Shown here piece after piece: positions 11,501 to 23,500 of a stretch of DNA of 64,000 nucleotides (its first letter is position 1; each line of letters begins with the position of its first letter). The notes under the pieces were generated by a model. That model saw nothing but the letters and a program-made list of their open reading frames with translations, ran no database searches and was not told the origin of the DNA. The position numbers and the translations under genes are program-made. The DNA is from Lama glama (taxonomy: Eukaryota): positions 248,001-312,000 of the forward strand of contig CM052817.1 of NCBI GenBank assembly GCA_028534125.1, in the 5' to 3' direction.

Positions 11501-14500
11501 GTCTTCTATGTTATTCTTGATGGCTGACTCTACACCCTCTGCCGGGAACGACATCACTGAAAGAGAGGAGCCCCATCAGCCACCGTGGCCGCCCCACAGC
11601 CTCACTAGCAACACAGCCGCTGACTCAGCGGCGCAGCGCTGACTGACTGGTGCAGCGAGTCCCGAGGAGGGTCGGAGCAGAGGTCCCAGCCCCGGCCGCA
11701 AGACGCAGGTTCTGCCGTAGAGCCTGCTACACCAGAGGGTCTCCAAGTGTTTGCATTTTGTTTTTTACCCAGAGACCCACGTTTTAACACGTGTGGCCTT
11801 GTATCTCTTTCCTCACGACCGCAGAGTTTCAGGAAGTTTCAGACCGGGGAAGAAGCTGGGTTGACCCTGGCACTGTCCACTACAGGGCCTGGAGGCACAC
11901 TGGCCACGGGGACGGACACCTCAGGCCACATTTCGGGGAAGTGAATGCCCACCCGAGAGGCACTTTCCCTCTCCACTGGCTGCACCCTGCCCGCCCTGCC
12001 TGACATGGCAGCACAGGATGGGCTGGAGGTCAGACACCAGAAGCCGCCCCAGGACAGGGAAGAATCAAAGTGTGTCCTTATGGTTAAAGTTGGCAAACGT
12101 ACCTGCAATTCTGGATGTAATGTAAGATATGTCCAAATCTCCCTTTGCGTAACTGGAATGAAAAAGAGCACGTGGTTATTGCAGAAAATCTCCACAGTTA
12201 ACTCACAAGAGCTTAGACTGAAGCAAGTCCTGGAGAGGCCGCGGGGGACCTTACCGTTCTGGTGGCAGCTCACAGGGAAAGCTGGGTGCGTGTGCATACG
12301 TGTCAGTGCGCATGCGTGCACCTGCGTGACCACACACACATGCACACACGGAGCCGACATCTATCTAAGAAGCAGACGAGCAATTATAAACTGCAGGTGG
12401 TGGAGAGGCACGGACCCCACAGAGGAGGTGCTGAGCTCTCACTGCTTTCCTGCTCTGAACAGCTGTGACACTAGGAGCTGGCTTGGGGGAGAGAGCAACG
12501 AAAACGGAAGATGTTGTTTTTTTGACCCAGTACCTCATGTCTGGCTCAGAAGATAATTATAAGGCAGACCGAATGGTGAAAAAACACGTGAAGGGAAAGA
12601 ACACGCGTCAGAAGCAGGCACGGCAGGGATGCTGGGTTATCAGACGGCGTTTAAAACAACTACGATTAACGTGCTGAGGCCCCAGTGGACACAGTGGACG
12701 GCACCCAGGACTTGCGGGAAGCGTGAGCAGAGGTGGACACCCTCTGAGAGAACCAAGAAGGAGGGCCGGCGGTGCAAACACAGAAACGAAGGCTCTGTTT
12801 GACAGGCTGAGTGGACTGGACACAGCCCAGGGGAGACTCTGAGCTAGAGGGCCTCTCGGTACAGACCCCGAAAACTGAAGAGCAAAGGGGCGGCGGGGCG
12901 ACCTCAGAAGGTGTCACAGGCACATGGCGGGAACTCCAGAAGAGAGAGAGAGAGGAANNNNNNNNNNNNNNNNNNNNNNNNNNNNNNNNNNNNNNNNNNN
13001 NNNNNNNNNNNNNNNNNNNNNNNNNNNNNNNNNNNNNNNNNNNNNNNNNNNNNNNNNNNNNNNNNNNNNNNNNNNNNNNNNNNNNNNNNNNNNNNNNNNN
13101 NNNNNNNNNNNNNNNNNNNNNNNNNNNNNNNNNNNNNNNNNNNNNNNNNNNNNNNNNNNNNNNNNNNNNNNNNNNNNNNNNNNNNNNNNNNNNNNNNNNN
13201 NNNNNNNNNNNNNNNNNNNNNNNNNNNNNNNNNNNNNNNNNNNNNNNNNNNNNNNNNNNNNNNNNNNNNNNNNNNNNNNNNNNNNNNNNNNNNNNNNNNN
13301 NNNNNNNNNNNNNNNNNNNNNNNNNNNNNNNNNNNNNNNNNNNNNNNNNNNNNNNNNNNNNNNNNNNNNNNNNNNNNNNNNNNNNNNNNNNNNNNNNNNN
13401 NNNNNNNNNNNNNNNNNNNNNNNNNNNNNNNNNNNNNNNNNNNNNNNNNNNNNNNNNCAGCAAAGCAGATGCGGAGTCTCTGGTTTCCCGGTGCGGCTGG
13501 AAGTCTTGTTCACACGACGCTGATCTGTTACAGCCTGCGGCAGCCTCGTATCCACCGAGCGGGGTCCACCCTTTGATCAGAATAGCTCTTTGCTGAAAAC
13601 CGCCCGCCTCCACCGAGCCTTCAGCAGGTCGCTGCCGTGACACCAGAGATCCCTGGCCACAGACGCCACGACCAGCACAGTGACGGTGACGAGGCTGAAT
13701 CAGGACGTGACACACAGACGGGATGTGAGCAGGCACGGCGAGCAGCCAGTCCTACGCGCGACATTTTAAACACCAATGGTCTAAACACGCCAATTAAAAC
13801 AGGAGGCCTTCAGGGGATCACGACCTTGCTCCAGCAGCGCGTCCACAAGGTCACGCGGGGCCAGGCTCTTGCAGCTTACTCACAGCTTGCCCTCAGTAAC
13901 CGCCTGGGCACGTTTGCCATGCATCTGAGCGTCCACATGCCGCTGTGTCTTACGGTGCTACTCCTTTGTGAGCCGTGCGGTTGGAACATGTTTACTCCCA
14001 ACCACTGCCACATCTCCTTGCTATTTTAAAGAAATGTGTTTTCCCAAAGAACAGAAAAATTTTATTTTGTGTCCGTTAAATTAATTAACCATTTCCTCCA
14101 TGCCTTATACATTTTTTGTCACATTTATTAAATCTTTCTTGTTCTGGTGTTATCAAGACGTCCCTTGTATTTTATCAGGTTTTCCTAAGAAACATCAATT
14201 CACAATTAGATCCCTTCACAAGTCAGAATCACTGTATTTGGCTGTTACTTTATAAGACCCGAGTTTTTATTTTCCACAGTGTCCATGGCTGCAGCACCGT
14301 CCACTCATCAGCCTGTCACTCCTTTCAGACTTACAGGCCCTGCTCGCAGCAGCCCGACCTGAGTATGCGCCACTTGTGAGTCTAACCACTGCACTTGTAA
14401 CAACACAACGGATGTTTGAGAAAAACTGACAGAGAATAGGATTTGTTCCCATTCTTATTTTTAAAAACATTGCTGGCAGCTTGGGGTAATTCATACATAA

Positions 14501-17500
14501 ATTTAAGATCAGAATCTGTGGGAACAACGTCAAGACTTTAATTTTTATTGCAATGAATATAGATTAACTGAGGAGTGACACCACCTTTCTTTTTTCCATT
14601 TTTTTTAGATCCCCCCCCCACCTTAACGGAGGCACTGGGACTGGACCCAGGACCTCGTGCACACCATGCAGGCCCTCTACCCCAGAGCTGTCACCCTCCC
14701 ACCCGATACCACCTTCAAATGTGAACGTGGTTGCACCTCTGCACTTGGTCTACCCTCACCGTCTTCATCAGTCTGCCGGGAGGGGCAGCATGGGGCGCCC
14801 TCCTGCACGACTGGCCTGAGCAGGGGAGTCAGGCCAGGGCCAGGGCACCCACGCAGGCCGGCTGCCACACACGCTGCCCTTCCTCCATCCTCCAAGTGCG
14901 GCCGGTGGGCATCACAGAGGGCAGGAATGGAGTCAGCACCAGAGAGACCAACTGTCCCCAAACTGACCATAAACAGACACGATGCAACACTCTCAATGGC
15001 CGCATAGGCAGCTCGAAAGCTTCGCTGCAGAGCTCGTCTGAAGACACAGAGGAGCCAGAGCACCTGGTGTGCTCAGGAAGGAAGGAGGGAAGGAGGCAGG
15101 CTAGCCTCCCAGACCAGAGAGCCATGGGGCTGGGGGGCTCACAGGACGAGGCCGGGCAGCGTCCTCTTGTCGGGGGAGAGGAAGCAAGAGGGAAGAAAAG
15201 TCCCCAAAGTGAGGTCCAGGCAGATCCAAGACTCGCACGTGCAACAGCAAAGCTACCAAAACAAATGCTTACGATGCAGTCAGACACGTGAAACAGACTT
15301 CGAATCACGACTGACACGTTCACAGCTCGGGGCACGAGAGGCCTTCCCACGCTGGAGAGCACAAGGCCAGCCTGTGCTTGACCGAAGCCCAGGACAGAAC
15401 AAGCAAGCGGAAGACAAGCAGCAGGCGAGGAGCAAGCGGCTGGCACGCTCACCCTCTGCAGAAGAGCTGGTCTGCGCAACCTAACACAGGAGCCAGCGAG
15501 GAAAAGAAAAGCCCAGCGTGGAAAGAGCGAAGGGCGAGAGCAGGCGAGAGCGGGCGGCCCGCAGGGCCTGCGAGGTGGGCTTGGTGCTGGGGGGCCAGGC
15601 ACTAGGCCCCGAGGAGGCAGCTGGAGCACCCGCACAGGTCGTGGGGGGGGCAACACCGAGCGTTCAGACACGGGCCAAGTTGGGAACTGGAGGTGCCTGG
15701 TGGAGGAGAAATGACCAAAGACCACAGATGGGGGCTCAGGGCCAGGCCCCAAGGGAGCCACAGCCACGCAGAGGCTACACAGGCTGGGCTGTGTGTGGGG
15801 GGAGAGCCTCCTCAGGCAGACCTCAGGACCCTTGGTCCACACGTCCGCAGCCGAGGGGCTGGCATGGCCCTGGAGGGTCCCTGTGACCAGTGACGGGCCT
15901 GAAGCCGCCCTGGGACTCCACATAGAGGACACCATCGGTGGGCATGGCTGCAGGGCTCGCCTGAGCCCCGGTGGGGAGGAGAACTTCCCTGTTGTTCCTT
16001 TGCTCTTGCTTGCAGTTTGGTAAACTAAAGACCTGGAGCTGCGTCCCCATATCCCGAGCCCGTCGGTGTCGGAATGTTTCCACCTGCCAGTATCTTCTTG
16101 AGGCCAGAGAACCCCACATCTGGTCTGGGTCCTGCCCTGTGAAGTGCTTTCAGGGAGGACCGGGTGTCCAGTCTACACCGCCCGGCCTGAGCATCGAGGG
16201 AAAGGGCAGGGACAGCCAGAGCCCAGGTGCCAGGGCTGTGGCCGGCCCCAGGCCTTCTCAGTGGAGAGAGCCAAAAAGGAGCAAACTCACACCATTATTT
16301 CTAGACCAACTTCACCAACCCAGGGGCTCACAGGACTTCTCTGATTGCTGGTACACGTCCTGGGCAGCAGGCAGTCACACAGAGCCTGACCTCGGGCCCT
16401 CAGGCCTGTCTGCAAGGCCTGGGGAGGGCTCCCCTTGGCCCAGTCATGTGACACAGTGTCCAGTGTGGTCACACGTGTGGCAAGCCAGTCCTTCTTGCAA
16501 GCAAGCACCAGGTGGGCACGTCCGTGGCAGCCCTGACAGGCCCTGGGGGCTGGGTCTGCAGGGGCTGCCCCGGGCCACGGTGCATCACACCTGTCATCAC
16601 AGCTCAGCTGGGAATTCAGTACGTCCGTCCGTCTGTCCATGATGCCATGCCTCTTCCTGAGCTGAGCGTGCCCTCTCTCTGAAAGGACTTGTGGCCCTGA
16701 GGATGGCTGTGCGCCAGGTCGGGTGTCCCGGGCGAACTGCAGGCCCGGGGGTAGTCTGGGACACAGCCATGTCCTCTCCTCTTCTCTCAGGAACCCCGTT
16801 CCCAACAAGGACCTGCCCTTGGGTGCGCGTGGTGCCCCGTCACTGTGTGGCCTGGTCCTGCCGCAGCCCGAGGTGCAATTGGGCTCATTGAGATGCTCAC
16901 GTGAGTCGCGTGGAGTGTGAAATCAGCTACAGCAGGCATGAGCGGCCACCACCCCCGCCCTCGTGAGTAGCCGTCCCAAGCAGTTACTCACCAGAACTGC
17001 TTTTCGGAACACACGGACATGCAGAACATCCGTGGACGTGCACACGGGGCGGTCACCACGGTTCTGGAACTCCAGCACCGCACAGACGCAGCCCCGGCAT
17101 GACGCTCCGCCCTGCTGGGCCCACTGCAGACACGGCGGGAAAGCACCTCGGCCTCGCGCTGACTCTCGTTTCTCTAGCCTCAGGCGGCAGACCAGACTCC
17201 CTCACAGCCCGTTTGTTGTCACTGGGGCCTGCCGTTCAGTCGGGTCCACCCCAAGAACCCACGGCACCCCACGCCCATCCCTGAGGGTGGGCGGCACTCA
17301 CACGCCAGGCAGCCAGGCATGGAGCCGTCATGCGAGGTCACCTGCTGTGAGAAGCACTGGCAGGTGACAGATGAGGCTGAGTGGTCACCTCTGCCCGTCC
17401 ACGCCCCGCCCGGGCCCTGCTGGCTTCCACCCCCAGAACTCGCGCCTCAGGCTGCACAATGGCTGCCGTCTCCGTAGCCAGCACTCCAGGGAGCCAGCCC

Positions 17501-20500
17501 CCACAGATGGATAAATGTTTCCTCTGCCCCTTCTGCCAGCCACGAGGCGAGGCCTGGGATGCCACCAAGGGCCATATGACGCAGCTGCCCTGCCCTGCTG
17601 GACACCCAGCCTGCAGCGGGAAGCAAGGTCCTTCTCGTCAGATAGACCGTGTAGGAGATAGAGCCTGTGAGAGCCACGGAGCCCACCAACTGCATGACAC
17701 ACACACACACGCACGCATGCCCGCACACCAGCCCTCACGTACAATACACACACACACACACGTACTCGCTCACGTGTGCACATCTGCCTTCGCCTGTGCT
17801 GCCAACAGCTATGGACACAAAGCAACCATGGCACAAAGGATGGACAAGGGAAATGCAGCCAACAGGTGCCTGTGGGCACTGCAGGACCGTGGGTCTCACA
17901 AACGCAGACAAAGTGCCACCCTGGACAAGGTAGGTGGCACTCCTGAGAGCTCCCTGGTTGAAGCTCAGCAGCACGGTCAGGCAGGCTGTGTGCTGTGGCC
18001 CCGGAGGAAGGGGCAGCGCAGACGTGAGGGGTGCCGAGGCCGGGGCCTCCCTCAAGGAGAGTGACACCGCCAGCGCCTGCACACCCGCTTGCCCACCACA
18101 CATCCTCCATGGCGGGGGCGGACACGGGGCCACCCCCACCAGCAGCATCAAGCCCAGCCCCAGGTCTGGGCCCGACAGCTGAGGCCACGCAGGCACTGAG
18201 CTCAGCACGCTCACCCGTGGCCGCAAGCATGGGTTCTCCCAACTTTGGAGACAGGGCTGTGCCCGGGGCTCGGAAATCTCACTGCAGAGACGCCACATGC
18301 CTGTACGCCCCTGACTCACTTGGCGACCGACTGGATGACCTTGGAGGAGGTGTCCTTGATGTTGGTGAAGAGGCGCTCGGTGCCCCCCCGCAGAATGTCC
18401 AGGAGCCCGCCGTAGGGTTGGTCGTACTCTGCCACTGCCAGGCCTGCAAGAGAGACAGGCTTTGGTGGGCGGGGCACGTCCAAAACCCATAGGCTGCACA
18501 TCCTGCCACCACCGCCAGCACTCCAGGAGAACTGTCCAGCGCCCGGCACCCCAGCAAGGGAAGAAACTGGCCGCCATCAGCGGGCTGGAGCCTCTTGGCA
18601 CACACAGCCCTCCGTCCCCATCTGCAGGATGTTCACTCAGCTCACTCCCAGAATCTGCTGGACACCAGCATGGACTCCGGCACTGACAGCCGCATGCCAC
18701 AGCCCAGGCAGGCAATCAGCTAGTCCCCAAGGTACGGGGACACCGGCAGACACAGAGGCCACAGATGATCAGGGAGAGAAGGGTGTGGGAGCGGGGATAT
18801 GTGGGTGGGTGGTCCCAGCCAGGCACAGAAAGGCCACGTGAGCTACAGCTCAGTCTGCAGGCAGGGGCCTCCTGGCCACAGTCCAGATGTGACCAGAGTG
18901 GTGACACCCAAAGGTGGGCCCCGAAATGTCAGGGTCCCCAGGGGTGTGGTCTGCAGAGGTAGTGATGGTGCTAAAAGTCAGCGTGAAGAGAGGAGGCAGG
19001 GCTACACGCATACCCGTGCCACGCGGTCATCTGTGGCCTCTTCAGGGCCTCTATGACCAGGCGGCAACAGTGGATGTCAGAGAACTGGGCGGAACCTGAC
19101 ACAAGGGGCCTTCGGGCTGTCAGTCAGCTCTGAGACATGGCTGATGAACCTTGTGTGTGTGTCCATGCTGGCCCTTCTCAAGGCAGTAACCAGTGGGCCC
19201 TGGCCGTGCTGGACCCACAACGCATGAACACAGAGCCAGGATATGGGGCCAGGACTCAGGCTGGCCACCTGCCAAGATGACCCTCCCTGGAAAGGAAGAG
19301 CGGCAGGAGGACACGGGGGCTGGACTCGCAGCCTGACAGCGAGGTGGCAACGGCCTGGGGGCACAGGGCAGAGAAGCGCGCCCTGGCACAGCTCTCAGAA
19401 CCTCTGGGCAGGACGGCAGCACGAAGCTCCAGCCCAGGCCCTCCCAGGACGTGCTATGTTACACTGGCCCTGGGCAACCAGACCTGCCCTGGCACACGCC
19501 ACACAATCAGTGCGCAAACTGCTCAGCTAAGGTGACATGCGTCATGAGGAAAGCCCACCAGCCCCACCTCCTCTCCCTGCCAGAGCCTGCACTTTCAGAC
19601 CAGCAGAACTGGCCCCTTGGCCCCTGATCTGACCACACGGTTTCCTGGCACCCCTTATGAGACCCCCAGCCTCGTGCTCGCAGCTGGCGAGCCCTGGAAG
19701 GTGGATCCTCACCTGCCTGGGCAGGGGCCACACTTTCCAGTGGCTCGTGGGAGCCGTTGGCCAAATCAGCCACAGGGGTAGGTGGCAGTGCCCATGGTCA
19801 CCCCAGACCTGCAAGTCATCTTGCAGGTCAGAGGGCTCAGAGGGCTCAGAGGACCAGGGCTGCCCCGACCACATGGGGAGGGGCAGCTGGTGCTCGGGCT
19901 CTGCCCTCCTTCCCCATCCTAAACCACGGCCTGAAGTTCTGGGGTGCGCGGGAGCCATGGATGTGGGGCTGGCCCTAAGGACCCTGAAGGTGCAGCCTCG
20001 CACCATCAGGCCACAAGGCTCAAGAGCAGGACCTGGGGCCTGCCAATCGCAGGCGCGTGGGGTGCTCACCTCCACTGTAGCTGCTGCTTGTGGGGCCCCC
20101 AGGAGGGGCCACGTTCCCATAGCCTCCACTCTGCTCCAGGAGCTGCAACGATCAAACACCAGTCAGGGCACAGTGCACACCGCTTCTCGCTGCGGAGAAT
20201 CCTCAGACGCCAGCACAGGGCGCCATGCACTTCGGGCACGCGGCCCACATCAACCCTTCTCTCTCCACCTGGTTTAAGACAAAATCATGAAGGAACCTCC
20301 CACAGGTTGGACAACAGGGCTGACACCTGGGACCAATCAGGCGCACGTTCCCGACATAGGCTGTCTCTGCTGTCAACAATGCCGCGTGGGGCCCGGTGGT
20401 CTGCACCCCAGGCCTGGCCGCAAGCAGGAACGCGGGAGACACAGCCCAAGGCAGGCGCTGGCGGCAGCCATGACATGAAAACCTTCTTTGGAGCCCCGGG

Positions 20501-23500
20501 TGTCAGCAGCAGTCTGGAAGCCGGGCTGTAGCCCCCACCCAGCCCACTGGAGTGTCAGCCGCAAACTCACTCTGTCGTAAGCAGGCCACAGTTCCCGAGG
20601 CTACAATTTTTATCAGATATTCGGAAATCACTTTACGGTTTCCCGTAGGATTTTACGAAATGTTCTCATCGGGTTTATGTTTTATCACGTTAAGCTCAAA
20701 AAGTGAGATGTATGTGTTACTGATTCTGTGGAGTATGATGAAATGCTGTCTTTCCTTGTGACCAGCAGGCAGACGTTAATGCTAACGCCCCCTGGGCTCT
20801 TAAAGAGAACAGGTTCGCCTGCGGGAGACACGTGTCTACCAGATCGACCGTCTCATTTCACACCAACTCCCACTTCCGTCTAGCTGTTTCATCAGCTCCT
20901 CAAAGGCACACACCTTCTCCCCGCACTGCGCCCCAGCCCCTCGTCCCGCCCTCTCCCTCCCACACACTCTTCATCCCCATGCCTCAGCCTTCTCCATGCT
21001 CCCACCCTTGGGCGCTGCCCACTACAGGCGCTTAATTTCTGCGCCGCAGGTCCCAGACCCTGGGGGTGCTCAGAGCAGGATACACTCAGGAGCCTGCTGA
21101 CCAGCGGCCTGCATCCAGCTATCGGCACCTCCGCCCGCTGCACACAGCAACCCCGAGCACATGTGCCGGCTGACCGCCCCAACTGCGTCCCCCGCACCAC
21201 CACCTGACCCTCTGCTGAGCCCTGGGAGCACACACCCTCTGTAAGATGCCACGGGAGCCCCAGGCCCACCCCCATGGTGCTCACTGCCCTCCTAGACCCG
21301 AGTCCCACCTGAGCCATGCCCACTTCGCCCCCTCCTCCTCACGTGACAGCTGCTGCCTGACGCGCCAGGACTGTCTCCACGTCCTGCCCTGGCCCTGCAC
21401 CGGTGCCCACGGGGCGCAGAAACGCCCTGCGCCCCGGGAGCCCCACCCCCGCTTTACTCCCGACTCCGGGGACCCCGTCCTCGGGGCTCCTGCCTGCCTG
21501 ATGGCTGCGAGCCCCTCGAGGGCTGGGTCACCCAACGCTAGGGCAGCATGAAGACTGTGCAACCACCAGCAACACAGAGGGCCTACCTCAGTGATGGGTG
21601 CCTTGGGGTTCACGTTCCGGGCAGCCGCGATCTCCTGGAGCTGGTTCACCAGCTCGCTGATGGACAGACGCTCCTCGGGGTTGACCTTGAGGGTGGCGCC
21701 TGTGGCAGAGACAGCGCATGCTTGTCCCCAGGCCACTGGAGCCGGGGTCCCGAGTGGGCGAGCAGCATGGCTGGCTTTGCAGGGGCTATGGACCCCCGAG
21801 GCCCTGAGCTTTGCTTTCGTTACCGGTTTTACAAGCAAGCAGGTGTGATGGAACAAAATCACCAAAACCAACCACTCGGGGCTGAGCAGGGCAGCTGCCT
21901 GGACCTGCCAGGAGGCGTGCCCTGCAGGCCCTGCACACGACTTACGGATGAGGTCATGGAACACGGAGTAGCGTGTATCGCCGGCAGGGATGGAGTACTT
22001 CCCGTTGACTATGCGGAGCTTCGCTCCATCCTCGAAGGGGTGCTGCCGGAAGCACAGCAGGTACAGGATGCAGCCCAGGGCCTGCAGGGAACAGGGCGAG
22101 GGGCGGTCACAGCCAGGCCCCCTGGCATGACCAAGGCTCCCCCTCGTCTGGCCGCGTCCACCCACGCCAGCCACTGCTCATCAAGGTCAGAGCAGTCAAC
22201 AAACACCGAACTCTTGTTTTCTGATAAAAAAATCCTTTCGAAACGGAAAGCTCCCACGGTCATGTGTGGGGATCTGCGGGCCGGGCAACCACGAGGAGAT
22301 GCCCGGCCGCGCTCCTCAGTGTTAAGAAGATGCACAGGGCACACCCAGGGCAGGTTGGGGCTCCGCAGAACTGGCCCTGAACCCAGACGTGTCTTCTCCC
22401 GGCTTCTCCTATCCCAGCACCTGGCCACGGGGGATGCTGGAGGCACCGGAGCCCACCCTGCATCTCAGGCTGAGCAGCACATGCTGGGCCCAGACAGGCC
22501 AAGCCCGAAGTGCACGGTTCCAGGTCCACCTTTCACTGCCGTGTGTGCGCGTGTGCCCTCACCAGGGGCAGGCTGACGGCGTCCACTTGGAGCCAACCAG
22601 CTCACATCTTAGTCTCCATCTACTCCCAGGACGGGGACTCTCACGTTCACGGTGGGGCTGGCACTGGACATGGCCCCGTCGGGCCTAGACCATGAGCCCC
22701 GAGGTGCGGGGATTCAGGGTCACCTGTCCCTGCTCTTAGGGACACTGGGGAGGCTGCAAGACCCCCAGACGGGGAGGGGAAGCACTGTGTGCTCAGCACT
22801 GTGCTCCCCAAGCTCTGTGCTCTGACGCTGAACAGAGGCGGAGCAGACATCACACTCACCCCACGTTGGCATTGCTGGGACATGTCCCAGGAGAGGGGCA
22901 GGGAAAGGTTGCCCCAGCGTCCGGCCCAGCCTCTCTGAGATCTCTTCCCAAGGCATTGGGCTTAGCCCTCGCTTTGGCTACGCCCAGGTCAGCTTAAGCT
23001 GCAAGGCCGCTTGGGACGTCTGGCATCTGGCCCTGTGGCCAGTGGCTTTGTGACCCTCCAGCCCCCTGAGAGGCTCCAACCAGGAGAGCAGACATTCTTG
23101 GGCCAGGACTTCTGCCCACACTGCCTCGCGCTGACCCCCAACCCAGCTCCTAGCCAGCTAGGCTCCGCCAACAGCAGTCACAAGTGCCACTAAAAAAGAC
23201 TAAGGAAAAGGAGGAGGAAAAGAAAGGAGGAAGCCAAGGGGACAGCAGATGGAGGCTGCACCCCAGGGCCTCACACCAGCCCTCCCCCGCGCAGGGCTGC
23301 CCCGGCTCCGCGGGCGAGCAGCCTCACCCAGACGTCCTGTTTCTCGCCGATCGGGAAGTTGGAGTACAAGTCCACAATCTCCGGTGTCCGGTACATGGGG
23401 GTCGTGTTCCTGGTGATCTGAAGGGAGGACACAGACACGTCAAAGGGAAAGCCACGTGCAAGCAACACCAGTTACGCAGCACCGCGGTCCCGCGCCAGTC

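Noticed and set aside
12666-13736. Long ORFs crossing the N run
   Set aside because: Artefact: N codons are not counted as stops.
14829-15935. 368-aa minus-strand ORF, and similar 250-340 aa ORFs (17735-18715, 21548-22576, 37924-38733, 60162-61031, 62198-63001)
   Set aside because: Low-complexity P/G/R/A/S products in very GC-rich or L1-derived DNA, or frames shadowing real exons; no domain motifs or coherent exon structure.
20590-20830. AT-rich island with a C-box-like ATGATGA at 20735-20741
   Set aside because: It is antisense to the host intron, and no paired D box or terminal stem was seen; more likely an old transposon remnant.
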